DNA of 64,000 nt, from NCBI GenBank assembly GCA_963792585.1, contig CAWBWI010000006.1, forward strand, positions 32,001-96,000, given 5' to 3'. Every line of letters starts with the position of its first letter. Position 1 is the stretch's first letter. The notes beneath the pieces were generated by a model. The model saw only the letters and a program-made list of their open reading frames with translations, did not search any database and had not been told where the DNA came from. This document shows, in pieces, positions 1 to 11,597 of the stretch. The position numbers and the translations under genes are program-made. This stretch comes from Candidatus Eiseniibacteriota bacterium (GTDB lineage Bacteria > Eisenbacteria > RBG-16-71-46 > CAIMUX01 > VGJL01).

Positions 1-1727
1 CTCGAGTCGACCGCGTGGAAGGCGCCGTCGGTCACCGTCACGCGCAGGCCGACTACCGGATACCCCGCGAACTCACCGCGGTCCAGGCTGGACCGGAAGC
101 CCTTCTCGATGGATCCGATGAACTCGACCGGGATCGAGCCGCCGACCACCTTGTTGACGTACTCGAACTGACCCTCTTCGAGCGGCTCCAACGTCCCGAT
201 GATCCGTCCGTACTGGCCGGATCCTCCCGTCTGTTTCTTGTGCGTGTAGTCGAACGGGACGGTGACGGCGATCGTCTCGCGGTAGGCGACCTTCGGACGC
301 CCGAGCTCGACCTCGGCGTTGTACTCGCGGCGCATCCGCTCCACATAGACGTCGAGGTGGAGCTCGCCCATCCCCGAGATCAGGGTGTCTCCCGTCTCCT
401 CGTCGGTGCTGGTCCGGAATGTCGGGTCCTCACGGGTGAAGCGCTGGAGCGCCTTCGTCATGCTGTCCTGCGCCTTGTTGTCCTTCGGCTTGATCGAGAG
501 GCTGACCACGGGCTCCGGCACGTGGATCGAGGTCATCGATGCCTCGACCGTCCCGTCGGTGAACGTGTCGCCCGACGCGCAGTCGATCCCGTAAAGCGCC
601 ACGATGTCCCCCGCCTGCGCCTCCTCGATGTCCTCCATGTCGTCGGCGTGCAGACGGACGAGACGGCCGACCTTCACGCGGTCACGGCTGCGCGAGTTGA
701 CGATCATGTCGCCCTTGTGCAGGGTGCCCTGGTAGATGCGCAGATAGGTCAACTGGCCGTAGGGAGTCACCTGGAGCTTGAACGCGAGCGAGATCAGCGC
801 CTTGTCGGGAGAGGGCGAGACGACGAAGGTCGCCTCCTCTTCCCCGGATGTGTCGATCGCCTCGTTCACGACCTCCGTCGGGTCGGGAAGGTACGCCACC
901 ACCGCATCGAGGAGGATCTGCACGCCCTTGTTCTTGTACGCGGACCCCATGAACACCGGCGTGATCTTACGCGCGATGGTCGCGCTGCGGACCGCGGCGA
1001 CGATCAGATCCTCCGTGACCCGATCCTCGAGCATGGCCTCCATGAGCGCGTCGTCGTACATCGAGACGGCGTCGAGAAGGTGCTCCCTCCGCGATACGGC
1101 TTCCGGCATGAGGGCCGTGGGAATCTCGATCTCCTTGATCTCCGTCCCGGCGTCGCCCTCGAAGAGGTATCCCTTCATCCGGACCAGGTCGACGACCCCC
1201 TTGTGGTCGGCTTCGAGACCGATGGGGATCTGCATCAGGACGGGATTGCGGCCGAGCTTCTCCTGGATCTGGTCGGCAACGCGGGCGGGATTGGCGCCGG
1301 CCCGGTCGCACTTGTTCACGAAGGCGATCCGCGGAACCTTGTAACGGTTCATCTGCCGGTCGACGGTGATCGACTGGCTCTGGACGCCGGCGACCGCGCA
1401 GAGGACGAGGACGGCTCCGTCGAGCACGCGCAGGGAGCGCTCCACCTCGATCGTGAAGTCCACGTGGCCCGGCGTGTCGATGATATTAATGTGGTGATCC
1501 TTCCAGCTGCAGTAGGTCGCCGCGCTGGCGATCGTGATCCCACGTTCCCTCTCCAGATCCATCGAGTCCATCGTGGCGCCGACGCCGTCCTTGCCTCGGA
1601 CCTCGTGGATCTTGTGGATCCGCTTCGTGTAGAAGAGGATCCGCTCGGTGAGAGTCGTCTTCCCCGAGTCGATGTGCGCGCTGATGCCAATATTGCGCAC
1701 GGTCTTGAGATTGGTGATCTTGCTCAC
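1..1727 (-). CDS. fusA: Elongation factor G (partial, runs off left edge)
   Basis: Manual minus-strand translation from GTG at 1727: [34 protein letters not shown]...ERERGITI...[10 protein letters not shown]...NKCD. It is missing from the ORF track because no stop falls in the window. Confidence 0.96.
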   Translation of the reverse strand, partial: MSKITNLKTVRNIGISAHIDSGKTTLTERILFYTKRIHKIHEVRGKDGVGATMDSMDLERERGITIASAATYCSWKDHHINIIDTPGHVDFTIEVERSLRVLDGAVLVLCAVAGVQSQSITVDRQMNRYKVPRIAFVNKCDRAGANPARVADQIQEKLGRNPVLMQIPIGLEADHKGVVDLVRMKGYLFEGDAGTEIKEIEIPTALMPEAVSRREHLLDAVSMYDDALMEAMLEDRVTEDLIVAAVRSATIARKITPVFMGSAYKNKGVQILLDAVVAYLPDPTEVVNEAIDTSGEEEATFVVSPSPDKALISLAFKLQVTPYGQLTYLRIYQGTLHKGDMIVNSRSRDRVKVGRLVRLHADDMEDIEEAQAGDIVALYGIDCASGDTFTDGTVEASMTSIHVPEPVVSLSIKPKDNKAQDSMTKALQRFTREDPTFRTSTDEETGDTLISGMGELHLDVYVERMRREYNAEVELGRPKVAYRETIAVTVPFDYTHKKQTGGSGQYGRIIGTLEPLEEGQFEYVNKVVGGSIPVEFIGSIEKGFRSSLDRGEFAGYPVVGLRVTVTDGAFHAVDS

Positions 1728-1988
1728 CTCTGGAATGCTCCTGTCTTCGAATTCGTGAATGGCGCTCGCGGGGTAGGAAACCGCGCCGGAAACGACGGCG
1801 CAAGCAACCGCGAGGGTGGCGCCTGGTCAGGGACCATTTGCGACAAGTAAACAGTGGAATCTACCTAATTGGAGCAGGGGAATGCAAGGACGTTTTTGTC
1901 CTGTGCGTTGTTGTCCTGTGCGCCCGTTTCCGGTGCGGATGCCGGGGCGGATCGCCCCGCGTCGGGCGCTCCTGTCCATTCCGGAGGT

Positions 1989-2019
1989 CACTCCCGTTTA
2001 GTTGAACTAAAAGGGAGTG
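1989..2019. promoter_or_regulatory. 15-1-15 palindrome, candidate operator
   Basis: CACTCCCGTTTAGTT-G-AACTAAAAGGGAGTG with one mismatch, lying between divergent fusA and the FG-GAP/peptidase gene. Confidence 0.5.
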
Positions 2020-2164
2020 CCGTCCCTTTGGGTAGGCAATCAAGGAAAATCACGGAAGCCCCCCGCCCACGAGTGCGGATTTCGGAGGTCTCAGCGTTCC
2101 CCATATGAGGCCTGCCGTCTTGGCCGGCCGCGAACCCAGATCCGAAGAAGGAGGCAGCAAGACC

Positions 2165-5100
2165 ATGGAATCGACTTCCTGGTACCGCCATAGAATACCC
2201 AATCGCTCCGCAGCCGAGCGCAGGCACCCTCTCTCGAGACGGGCGCACGCACTGGTTCTCGTCTTCGCCTGCCTCTTCGTCCTGGCCGGCCTGCTCGCCT
2301 CGACGCCCCGACCGGCCTCCGCGTATCTCGCGGTCATCCGGCAGGGGGAAGAGAGCCGTGGCGCCCCCGAGTCGGGGGATACGTTTGGAGCGTCCGTTGC
2401 GGTTGGCGACTTCAACGGCGACGGCTATGACGATCTCGCGACCGGGGCGCCGTTCGAGGATGCCAGCGGGTACAACCACGCCGGCATGGTGGTCGTGAGC
2501 TACGGCTCCCAGTACGGAATCAAGCGTTCGGGCGCGCAGGCCCTGCTGCAGAGCGACGGCGATGCCCTCGAAGACGGCGCGCTCTTCGGGGAAGCGGTCG
2601 CGGCGGGAGACTTCGACAACGACGGCTACGACGACCTCGCGATCGGGGCGCCTCTCACCGACGCCGACGAAACCCACACCAACGTGGGCTACGTCTTCGT
2701 CTATGCCGGCGGACCGGGCGGGCTCTCCTACTGGCACTACCTCTGGCAACCGGGGGGTGGCGGATCGCTCGAGTCCAACGACAGATTCGGCGCGTCGCTC
2801 TGCGTCGGTAACTTCAACGGGCTCCCCGGTTCCAATCAGGATCTGGCCGTCGGATCGCCGGGCGAGGACTGGGGACGCGGGAACCGTCTTCTGGTTCACC
2901 GGGGGCACGCAAGGACTGCTCAACGGAACGCACGGCTGGTTCAAGCAGTCGACCCTCGGCGGAACGAACGTCGCGGGAGATCAGTTCGGCTACAGCCTGG
3001 CCGCCGGTCAGATCCAGGGCGCCGACTACGAGGATCTGATCATCGGAACCCCCTTCAAGGAAGTCAGCGGCACCGATGACGCCGGCGTGGTCTGGACGGT
3101 GGGATCGAATGCGTCGGGCCCCTCGGCGGGAGCGGCACGGATGATCTGTCCCGGGTGAGGGAGATCTCGCCGAACAGTCCGTACCCGGACGGCTACTTCG
3201 GATGGTCGGTCGCAGCCGGCCGGTACTGGGGCGGTGACTACGACGGTGTCGCCATCGGCGAACCCGGACGCAGCTACTTCGGACACCCTGGATCCGGGCG
3301 AGTGGTCGTCGGCCAGCGGAGGCTTCCTCGGCCTGAGCTTTACCGGCGCCAATGCCGTCACGTTGTTCCAGAACGATGTCGGTTGGGCGCTGGGTGACAA
3401 CGACGGTTTCGGGCGCTCGCTCGCGGCCGGCTACTACGACACGGCGGATGGCGGAGAGGACCTCATCATCGGATCACCGACCGACAACTCGAACGGCGGA
3501 CCCAGTTTCTCGGGAGTGATCTCGGTCGTCTTCGGAGGACCGAACGGACCGGGGGGGCACGGATATGGCGGTTGGGCGCAGGATGCGTTCAGCGACGACA
3601 TCGCGCAGTTCGACGACTTCGGCCAGTCGCTCGCGGTCGGGAAGTTCGACGCCACCAACCGCGGCAACCTCGCCGTCGGCGCGCCCGGCGAGGATTCGAA
3701 CACCGGCCAGGTCGTGATCGTCGCCCCGTGGCGCCAGACACCGTACGCCGGATTCCGCAACGGCATCGCGATCGACTGCGAGGGCAACTGGATCTACGCG
3801 CAGAAACCGTTCGACGAGGTGCAGATCGCGAGCACGACCAAGATCATGACCGTATTCCTCGCCTGCGAGCGGATGGCCCTGCCGACGAACGATCCGAACT
3901 ACGTCAGTCCGAACGCCTCCTACACGGTGCCCGACTGGATTCGAGAGAACATCGGGGGTTCCCGCTACGAGTTCGCGTACAGCAGCGTCTCCACCTCGTG
4001 GGATCTCCTCTACTGCTGCATCTTCCCGTCGGGAAACGACGCCGCGTATGCCATCGCGGATCTCTTGACCGGCAGCAACAACATCTGGACCGGTGCCTAC
4101 GACACCACCTGTCCGCTCTTCGTCGCCGAGATGAATGACGCGCGCCGCGCAGCTCGGCATGACGCACACGCACTTCACCAATCCGGCCGGACTGGACAAG
4201 GGACTCCCCTACTCGTGCGCCGCGGACATGGCGAAGCTGGCCGCCGCGGCAATGGACAACCAGACCTTTCGCCTCATCGTCGGCTCGACGATCGCATACC
4301 TTCGAGACCAGCCGCCTGGACGGGTCGGTCCGTGTTTCGTTCGAAGACACCATCGAGTACGGCTGGCTCCAGGGGATGCAGAACTACAACGCGCTCTTCG
4401 ACGGGGTCAAGCCGGGCCGAACTCCGCGGGCCGACCGCACGGCAGTCTTCTCGATCGACACTCAGCTCTACGACGGCCCCGGACTGGCGGTCAGCCTGGG
4501 CCACTTGACCCGGGCATCCATCCGTGCAAACGGAGATGCCCTCATGGACCTTGCGCGGGCCGCCTGCGGGGGCAGCTTCGCGCGGGACGGCTCCGGAGAC
4601 GGCGGCGCCCTGGCACGAGACGAGGGGGATGATGGCTTCCGCGTCAACTTCGGCCCGCTCTCGACCTTTCTCGGGGACCACTCGGGCGGCGCCGCGGAGC
4701 TGGTTCCGCCTTCAACCCCCACGGCCAATTTCACCCAGGTCGAACTGCTGCGGCCTTCGGAAGCGGCGTCACCAGCTGTCGCCTCGAACTCCTCCGCAGC
4801 GCGGAAGCTGGAGACTCGCAGCCGGGTGCGGCAGACGACTCTGGGCATCGGTCCCTTCCAGTCGCACGGCGGGCCTGACCTTCATCAATCACGGCGAGTT
4901 GACCGTGAGCTTCCTGGTCAACACCAGCCACACCGGCACGCCGATTCCGATGACGCTGGATCCGGGTGAGCGCGGGACCATTCCCGCATACACGGGACCG
5001 GAGGTCCCCGAGTTCGACGTACACGATCGAGAACCGAGCACGCGCCGGAGACCGTGACGCTCGGCATCATGGAGGACTGGATCTGGGACAAGAGCGGGAT

Positions 5101-5566
5101 CCCGGTCGGGCCGGCGCCGTTCTTCTCGCCCGTGCTCCAGCAGTCCGACGCCTTGCTCGATCAGTCGTTCCGCGTGCACGTGACCGGCGCCGACACCGAG
5201 CCGGGACGCTCGGTGGTCGTCTCGCTTCACGATCCGGGATTGACGGCCGACGTGCCGGCACCCGAGCTCGAATCGACCGGGACGGCGCGGCTGCGCGCCT
5301 TCCATGCCTGGCCGAACCCGTTCGCCGGGAGCACGCGTCTCGGCTTCGAGCTGGCGCAGCCGGGGGACGTGCGCCTCGAGATCTTCGATCCGTCCGGTCG
5401 CCGGGTGCGCGCCTTCGAGCGCACAGGCGCGCCTGCCGGTCCTGGCGGGTTCGACTGGGACGGAAGGTCCGCCGACGGCCGCGCGGTCGCGCCGGGGATC
5501 TACCTCTATCGAATCGAACAGAGCGGGCACGGGACGGCGACGGGACGCGTCACGTTGATTCGTTAG
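2165..5566 (+). CDS. Secreted FG-GAP repeat + D-Ala-D-Ala carboxypeptidase-like (S11) + FlgD-Ig C-terminal domain protein (multiple frameshifts)
   Basis: Stitched from ORFs 2105-3079, 2562-3158, 3155-3397, 3234-4508, 4135-4632, 4376-4969 and 5054-5566. Motifs: FGASVAVGDFNGDGYDDLATGAP repeats; ASTTK, SGNDAA, HFTNPAGLD, GVKPG; terminal PNPF...WDGRS...PGIYLYRI. Confidence 0.75.
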
Positions 5567-5594
5567 TCTGATTCCTGCGCATCGGGGCAACTTC

Positions 5595-5625
5595 GGGCCG
5601 AGGGCAATCGCATTGTCCTCGGCCC
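5595..5625. terminator. Hairpin between convergent genes
   Basis: GGGCCGAGGGCAAT-CGC-ATTGTCCTCGGCCC stem-loop between the stops at 5566 and 5658. Confidence 0.6.
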
Positions 5626-5657
5626 TTCGTCTCGAACGTGAGCCACCCGAGACCGAC

Positions 5658-8600
5658 TCAGTCCCGAAGGGCGATTCCGAGCAGCGCTTGTTCCGCCGTG
5701 GCGATCAGATCCTTCCGCGGGATTGCCCGGCCCGCAGCCGTTGCCGCCACGAATCGAGCCTCCCCCATCGTTACGCGAAGCGATTGAACGAAGTCCTCGT
5801 GCGCGGCGCGATCGCCATCGTTGACGGGGAGACGGGCGGCCTCGCGCGCCGCCATCGACGCTGCAAGGAGCGGGGCGGCAGCCTCCGGTTGACCGACCGA
5901 GGCGAGGAGGCGCGCCGAGATCTCGAGGAGCGCAACCACGTGCAGGGCATGCTCATGCCTCTTGTGGGTTGCCCAGGCTTCCAGCAGGAGGGCCTGCGCC
6001 TCGCGCGGCGCCCCACTCGCGATCTCGACCAATGCGCTGCATCCAAGACCATAGGCAAGCGCCGACTGGTTGGTCGATCGTCTTTGGACCTCGAGGCTCC
6101 GCCCGAGATGGAGACGCGCGTTCTCGAGGTCTCCGCGTTGATAGGCCAGGTATCCGAGGTTGGTCAGAACCGCCGCCGCGGAGGTTTCGTCGCCCAGTTC
6201 CTGAAACAGCTCGATCGCCTCCCTGTACCGGGCCTCGCATGCATCTGAATTGCCGGCGCGTCCCTCGGTCACTCCCAGGTTTCCGAGGGTAGCGGCCAGA
6301 GCGATCTTGTTTCCGAGGGAGCGCTGGATCGCGCACGCCTCGAGCAGCAGCTCCCGAGAACGATCGTACTGGCGCTCCAGCTCGGCCAGACGAGCCTTGG
6401 CGGCGAGCCCGCCCGCGAGAAGGCCGGACTGGTTCTGCCGCCGCAGGATCTCGATCCCGCGGTCGACCCAGCGGTTGGCACCCGGTACGTCTCCCAGCTC
6501 GGTGAGCCCTGCCCCGATTCCGATTGCGGCGAGACCGAGGGTCGCGCTCTCGGTCGTTACGCCGTCTGCCGCGGCCATCGTCAACTCAATCCCTTCGCGC
6601 ATGTGACCCCGCGTCAGCCAGTAGCGCCTGAGCCTGGTGCAGAGTCGTAGCGATTGCTCCATGTCGTCGGTTTGCGGATCCGCACTCCGGGAACCCCAGA
6701 CCACCGCGGCGCGGAAATTGTCACGGTCGTCATCGAGCGCCAGCAGGGATGTTTCCTGATCCGGACCAAAGAGGCGGGCGTCGTGCCGGCGCGCGAAATC
6801 GAAGCACCAGTCGAGGTGACGGCGTCGCATCCGCTCCGAGTCCCCCGCAGCCGCCGATCGCTCGCCGGCGAACGCGCGCACCATTTCGAGCAAGCGATAG
6901 CGAGGGCGCGGCTCGGGCTCGAATTGAACCAGGGAGGTGTCGGTCAGAGCGCTTAGCAGATCGACCAGATCTCGACCCTCGATCGCGGCTCCTTCCTCAC
7001 CTTCGTCACGGCAGACCTCCTCGGCGGCTTCGAGTGGAAACCCCCCGACGAAGACGGACAGGCGGTCGAGCAGCTTCGCCTCGGCCGGGGACAGGAGATC
7101 GTAGCTCCAGCCGATCGATGCCCGGATGGTCCCGTGTCGTGTGAGCGCGCCGGCCTGTTGGCCGGCCAGGAGACGGAAGCCGTCTTCGAGTCGATCGGCA
7201 ACCGTCGCGACTCCCAGGGTCGAGGCGCGGGCCGCCGCCAGCTCGATCGCGAGCGGAATCCCGTCCACGCGCCGGACGATGCGTGCCACATCCGGCGCCG
7301 ACGAGGGGCTGAGCACGAGGTCGGAGCGGCCCCGTGAGGCCCGGTCGACGAAGAGGCGGACCGCCTCGGAATCCAGGATCCGCATGCTGGTCTCTTGGGA
7401 CTCGGGAAGGGAGAGGGACGGGACGCGATAGATCCGCTCCCCGTCCACCCGGAGCGGCGCTCGGCTCGTGGCCAGCATGCGAAGGCGCGGGGCCGAGGCG
7501 AGGAGCGCTTCAGCGAGATCCGCGCAGCCGGCGATCAGGTGCTCGCAATTGTCGAGCACGAGGAGGGCGGTCCGCTCGGCAAGGTGTTCCTTCAGGATCT
7601 CCACGGTCGCTCGATCGCCCTGTTCCGGCAGGCTCAACGACTGCGCGACCAGGATGGCGACCAGGTCGTCCGAGGTCGCACCGGATAGATCCACCCACGT
7701 GACCCCGTCCGGCATGCCGCCCGCGAGATCTTGCGCGGCGCGGTGCGCGAGTCGGGTCTTGCCGGCGCCACCCGCCCCGATCAGGGTGACCAGTCCCGGC
7801 TCGACCAGGAGCCGGCGAACGGCGAGGAGCTCGGACCGTCGTCCGATGAAGCGCGTGCCGAACTGCGGCAGCCCGGGTACGCGCCCTCCGCCGAGCTCCT
7901 CGGTCCACGCACTCGCGTCGGAATCGAACGCGGCTCGAAGGTAGATCTCGAACTCGCTCGCGGTGACGGGGCGATTCGCCGGATCCGGGGCCAGCGCGCG
8001 TTCGATCCCGCGCACGAGCGGCGCGGGCAAACCCGGGCGGAGTTCCTCAAGCGGCAACCGTTCCCCTCGTGATTGGCGGTCGAGCAGCTCGTTCCAATCG
8101 CCCGCATCGATCGGATACCGCCCGGTCAGCAATCGATAGAGCACAACCCCAAGGGAGTAGAGATCCCCAGCAACCGACGGAGGATCGCCGCGAAGCAGCT
8201 CCGGCGCCATGAAGAGCGGGGTGCCGTGCACGAGGGTCGCGGACATGTGGCGGCGCGTGCCCGCGCCGAAGTCCATCAGCAAGGTGCGGCCGTCTTCCTC
8301 GACCATAGCGTTGGAGGTCTTGACGTCCCCATGGATCAGACCGGCGTCGTGCACGGCCGCCAGTGCGCGGGCGAGATCGATGCCGGAGCGCACCACCTCC
8401 TCGATGGGAAGAGGGCCTTGCGCGGCCAGCCGCTCCTCGAGGGTTTGTCCGCGCACGAGCTCGGTCCACAGCCCGACCATTCCGTCCCGCACTTCCACCC
8501 CGTGAATGGCGAGGACGTTCGGATGCCGGGCCCGGGCCAGCAGGCGGGCCTCGTCGAGCAGCACCGAGAGGTCGGTCTCGGCCGGGTCCACCGGTCGGAG

Positions 8601-8924
8601 CTTGAGCGCGACCTCCCGCTCCAGGGCAGGATCGAACGAGCGGTAGACGAGACCGAAGCTGCCCGCCCCGATCTGCTCGCGCACCTCGAGCGACCCCCAG
8701 AGGAAGGGAGGCGTCGGAGCGATCCAGGCCGGTTGCGTCGTGCCCGCTTCTCCACCGCTGGCCGGCATTTTCTCGAGGCTCTGCCGTGCCATTCCGGCCA
8801 GGCGCGAGAGGATCTCGATTCGAGAGCCGAGCTCGGGATGGGTCCGCGCCAGGGCGACCCAGTCGACCGGGGTCCCATCCGCGATCGCCCGGGCGGCGCG
8901 TCGCAGAGGATCAGGATGGGTCAC
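5658..8924 (-). CDS. Ser/Thr protein kinase fused to STAND-type ATPase and TPR repeats
   Basis: Kinase motifs GAGSFG, VALK, HGDVKTSN, DFG, MAPE. P-loop GAGGAGKT, LLVLDNCEH and GIPLAIELAAAR. C-terminal TPR-like helices. Confidence 0.9.
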   Translation of the reverse strand: MTHPDPLRRAARAIADGTPVDWVALARTHPELGSRIEILSRLAGMARQSLEKMPASGGEAGTTQPAWIAPTPPFLWGSLEVREQIGAGSFGLVYRSFDPALEREVALKLRPVDPAETDLSVLLDEARLLARARHPNVLAIHGVEVRDGMVGLWTELVRGQTLEERLAAQGPLPIEEVVRSGIDLARALAAVHDAGLIHGDVKTSNAMVEEDGRTLLMDFGAGTRRHMSATLVHGTPLFMAPELLRGDPPSVAGDLYSLGVVLYRLLTGRYPIDAGDWNELLDRQSRGERLPLEELRPGLPAPLVRGIERALAPDPANRPVTASEFEIYLRAAFDSDASAWTEELGGGRVPGLPQFGTRFIGRRSELLAVRRLLVEPGLVTLIGAGGAGKTRLAHRAAQDLAGGMPDGVTWVDLSGATSDDLVAILVAQSLSLPEQGDRATVEILKEHLAERTALLVLDNCEHLIAGCADLAEALLASAPRLRMLATSRAPLRVDGERIYRVPSLSLPESQETSMRILDSEAVRLFVDRASRGRSDLVLSPSSAPDVARIVRRVDGIPLAIELAAARASTLGVATVADRLEDGFRLLAGQQAGALTRHGTIRASIGWSYDLLSPAEAKLLDRLSVFVGGFPLEAAEEVCRDEGEEGAAIEGRDLVDLLSALTDTSLVQFEPEPRPRYRLLEMVRAFAGERSAAAGDSERMRRRHLDWCFDFARRHDARLFGPDQETSLLALDDDRDNFRAAVVWGSRSADPQTDDMEQSLRLCTRLRRYWLTRGHMREGIELTMAAADGVTTESATLGLAAIGIGAGLTELGDVPGANRWVDRGIEILRRQNQSGLLAGGLAAKARLAELERQYDRSRELLLEACAIQRSLGNKIALAATLGNLGVTEGRAGNSDACEARYREAIELFQELGDETSAAAVLTNLGYLAYQRGDLENARLHLGRSLEVQRRSTNQSALAYGLGCSALVEIASGAPREAQALLLEAWATHKRHEHALHVVALLEISARLLASVGQPEAAAPLLAASMAAREAARLPVNDGDRAAHEDFVQSLRVTMGEARFVAATAAGRAIPRKDLIATAEQALLGIALRD

Positions 8925-9489
8925 TCATGACCTCGGCCAGATGGAGGATCGCGCGAGAGACCTGCATGCGGACGGAGTTGCCCGACTTGCGTCCCAGCGC
9001 GGTGGCGATTTCCGGGTAGCTGAATCCAAACTCGATTCGCAGGACGACCGCCTGCTGCTGCTCCGGCTTGAGCGTCGCGAGCGCCCTGTCGTAGCGCTGC
9101 ACGAGATCGCTGCCGAGGGTGCGCTCGAGCATGGCCGGGCGGTCGTCGATCAAGTCGTCAGGGAGCTCCGCCCGCGCCGGCCGGCGACCCACCCGCCGCA
9201 GTTCATCGCGCAGGCAGTTCAGTACCGCAGTCCGCAGGTAGGCGAAGAAGGACCCCGGCGTGTCGGCGTCGATCTGGTCGACCCGTTGCAGCGCGCGCAC
9301 CAGCGCCACGCTCACGAGGTCGTTGGTGTCCATGAGATCGCGCGCAGCACTGGGGAGTCGACCCCGAGCCCAGCGCTGCAATCCAGGCAGGAAACGGCGA
9401 ACGAGCAGCTCGCGCGCCGCGGGGTCCCCCCCGCGGATCCGCTCCAGGATCGCGGATGTGTTCTCCGGATTCCCGCCGTCCTTCAGCAC
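8911..9489 (-). CDS. ECF-type RNA polymerase sigma factor
   Basis: 192 aa with region 2 (GDPAARELL...DLVSVAL...YLRTAVLN) and region 4 (L..LKPEQQQAVVLR...SYPEIA..LG). Overlaps the kinase start. Confidence 0.9.
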   Translation of the reverse strand: MLKDGGNPENTSAILERIRGGDPAARELLVRRFLPGLQRWARGRLPSAARDLMDTNDLVSVALVRALQRVDQIDADTPGSFFAYLRTAVLNCLRDELRRVGRRPARAELPDDLIDDRPAMLERTLGSDLVQRYDRALATLKPEQQQAVVLRIEFGFSYPEIATALGRKSGNSVRMQVSRAILHLAEVMSDPS

Positions 9490-9543
9490 GCTTTCCGGGC
9501 CTTCCTTCCGCTCAAGGGCGCCTGGGGCCTCGTTCCTCCGCTG

Positions 9544-11347
9544 TTACTGCTCCTCGCCGGCCGCGAGGGTCTCGAGTTCCATCCAACGCGCGTAGGCCAT
9601 CTGGATCTCCTCTTCGATGGTCGTGAGCCGCTCTTTCGTGCGGGCGACCTCATCGCCGCGCGTCGCATAGAAAGCCGGTGATGCCATCAGGTCGAAGAGG
9701 TGCTTCCTCTGCGATTCAAGACTCTCGATCCTCGCGGGCAACGCCTCCAGCTCTCGCTTCTCATTGAAGGTGACACGCCGAGGACGCGCCTTGATGGTTC
9801 CGCCCTCTCCTTGACCGGTCGCGGCGGAGGGGGGCGCCTCGGCAGACTTCTTCCGGCGAAACCAGTCCTCGTAGCCGCCCACGTATTCGCGCCACCTGCC
9901 CGACGCCTTCGAAGACGATGGTCGAGGTCACGACGTTGTCGAGAAACGTTCGATCGTGGGAGACGACCAGCAACGTGCCCTGGTATTCGACGAGAAGATC
10001 TTCGAGCATCTCGAGGGTTTCCAGGTCGAGATCGTTGGTCGGCTCGTCGAGGACGAGGAGATTGCAGGGCTGGGCGAGGATGCGCGCGAGCTGAAGTCGC
10101 CGGCGCTCGCCGCCCGACAGCTTCGAGATCGATCCCTGGATCTGCTCCGGCGTGAAGAGAAAATCGCGCAGATAGCCGACGACGTGGCGCTCCCCGCCGC
10201 CGACCGAGATCATCTCGCTTCCATCGGTGACATTCTCGACCACGGTCTTGGTCTCGTCGAGCAGGTCGTGGAGCTGCTCGAAGTGCGCGACCTCGAGCTT
10301 CGTGCCCGCGGTCACCTCGCCCTCCTGCGGCTGCGAGGTCCCCGAGGAGCAGGTCGATCATGGTCGTCTTGCCGCACCCGTTGGGCCCGAGGATGCCGAT
10401 CCGGTCGCCGCGCAGGATCGTCCCGGTGAAGCCCTGGACGATCGGCACCTCACCGTATGCGAACCCGAGATCCCGGCAACGGATCACCACGCGCCCCGAC
10501 TTCTCCGCCTCCTGGAGTTGCGCCTTCACCCGCCCGATCTCGTCGCGACGCGCGCGGCGCTCGGAGCGCAGCGACTCGAGCGCCTTCACTCGGCCCTCGT
10601 TGCGGGTGCGACGCGCCTTGATCGCCGCGCCGGAGCCAGGCCTCCTCCTGCGCCAGCTTCTTGTCGAAGAGCGCGTCCTGCTCGGACTCGACCCGCAGTT
10701 CTTCCTCCCGCCTCTCGAGATAGGCGTCATAGCCGGACCGATAGCTTCGGAGCGCGCCGCGGTCCAGGTCGAGGATGCGGGTGGCGAGGGTGCGCAGAAA
10801 GCGTCCGGTCGTGGGTGACGAAGATCAGCGTGCCCCGGCGGCGTTGCAGCGCATCCTCGAGGTGGGAGATCGCGTCGATGTCGAGGTGGTTCGTCGGCTC
10901 GTCCAGGATCAGCAGATCCGGGTCGCGAACCAGAGCCGCCGCCAGCAGGACGCGACGCTTGGATCCGGCGGAGAGCGTCCTCGATCGCTGGCGTCCAGAT
11001 CGAGCAAGAGGTCGTGCGCCGTGGAGTCGATCCGCGTCTCGATCTCCCACGCCGTGTCGCTCCGCGTCACGCCGCAGACCTCGTGCAGGTACTCCCGAAC
11101 GGTTCCGCGAAGATCGACGGGGACGTCCTGTTGCAGACTCGCCACGCGCAGGTTCGGCTGCCGGACCACTTCCCCGGAGTCGGGCGCAATCGATGCCCTC
11201 GAGGATCTTGAGAAGACGTCGACTTGCCGGCGCCGTTGCGGCCCGAGGAGCCCGAGACGTTCGCCGTCGTCGATCTGGAGATTCACCGCGTTCAGGAGCG
11301 GTGGGCCCGGCGAAGGTGAGGCTCACGTCGTTCAGGCTGATCAGCAC
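9544..11347 (-). CDS. uup: ABC-F ATPase Uup (frameshifted)
   Basis: Fragments carry two ABC domains ([37 protein letters not shown]), the [12 protein letters not shown] linker and the Uup C-terminal coil ([13 protein letters not shown]...YARWMELE). Confidence 0.85.
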
Positions 11348-11597
11348 GAGGCGCTCACTATTCTCATGGCAAGGGCGGGACGGCCGGACGCATCCGCAGT
11401 CCTTCGCGAAACGGCCCGCCCCCCACTAGCCCGAAGCGGGGCGCCTGTCGTGTGCCTCGTGTATTGCGCATGACGGTTGAGTGTAGCATTTCGGGCTCCG
11501 GACTCGGCGGATCGCTTCGCCCGAAAGGTCCGACGTCGCGGGGCACACACTCGCCATAGCCGCACCTGGATTCAACGAGCCGACAGGACCCGCCCGA

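Noticed and set aside
15..1850. 611-aa plus-strand ORF
   Set aside because: Antisense shadow of fusA, which reads cleanly on the minus strand.
1896..1937. Degenerate ~15-bp period repeats (TTGTCCTGTGCG x2 plus a variant)
   Set aside because: Short and decaying, compatible with simple slippage; no function can be supported.
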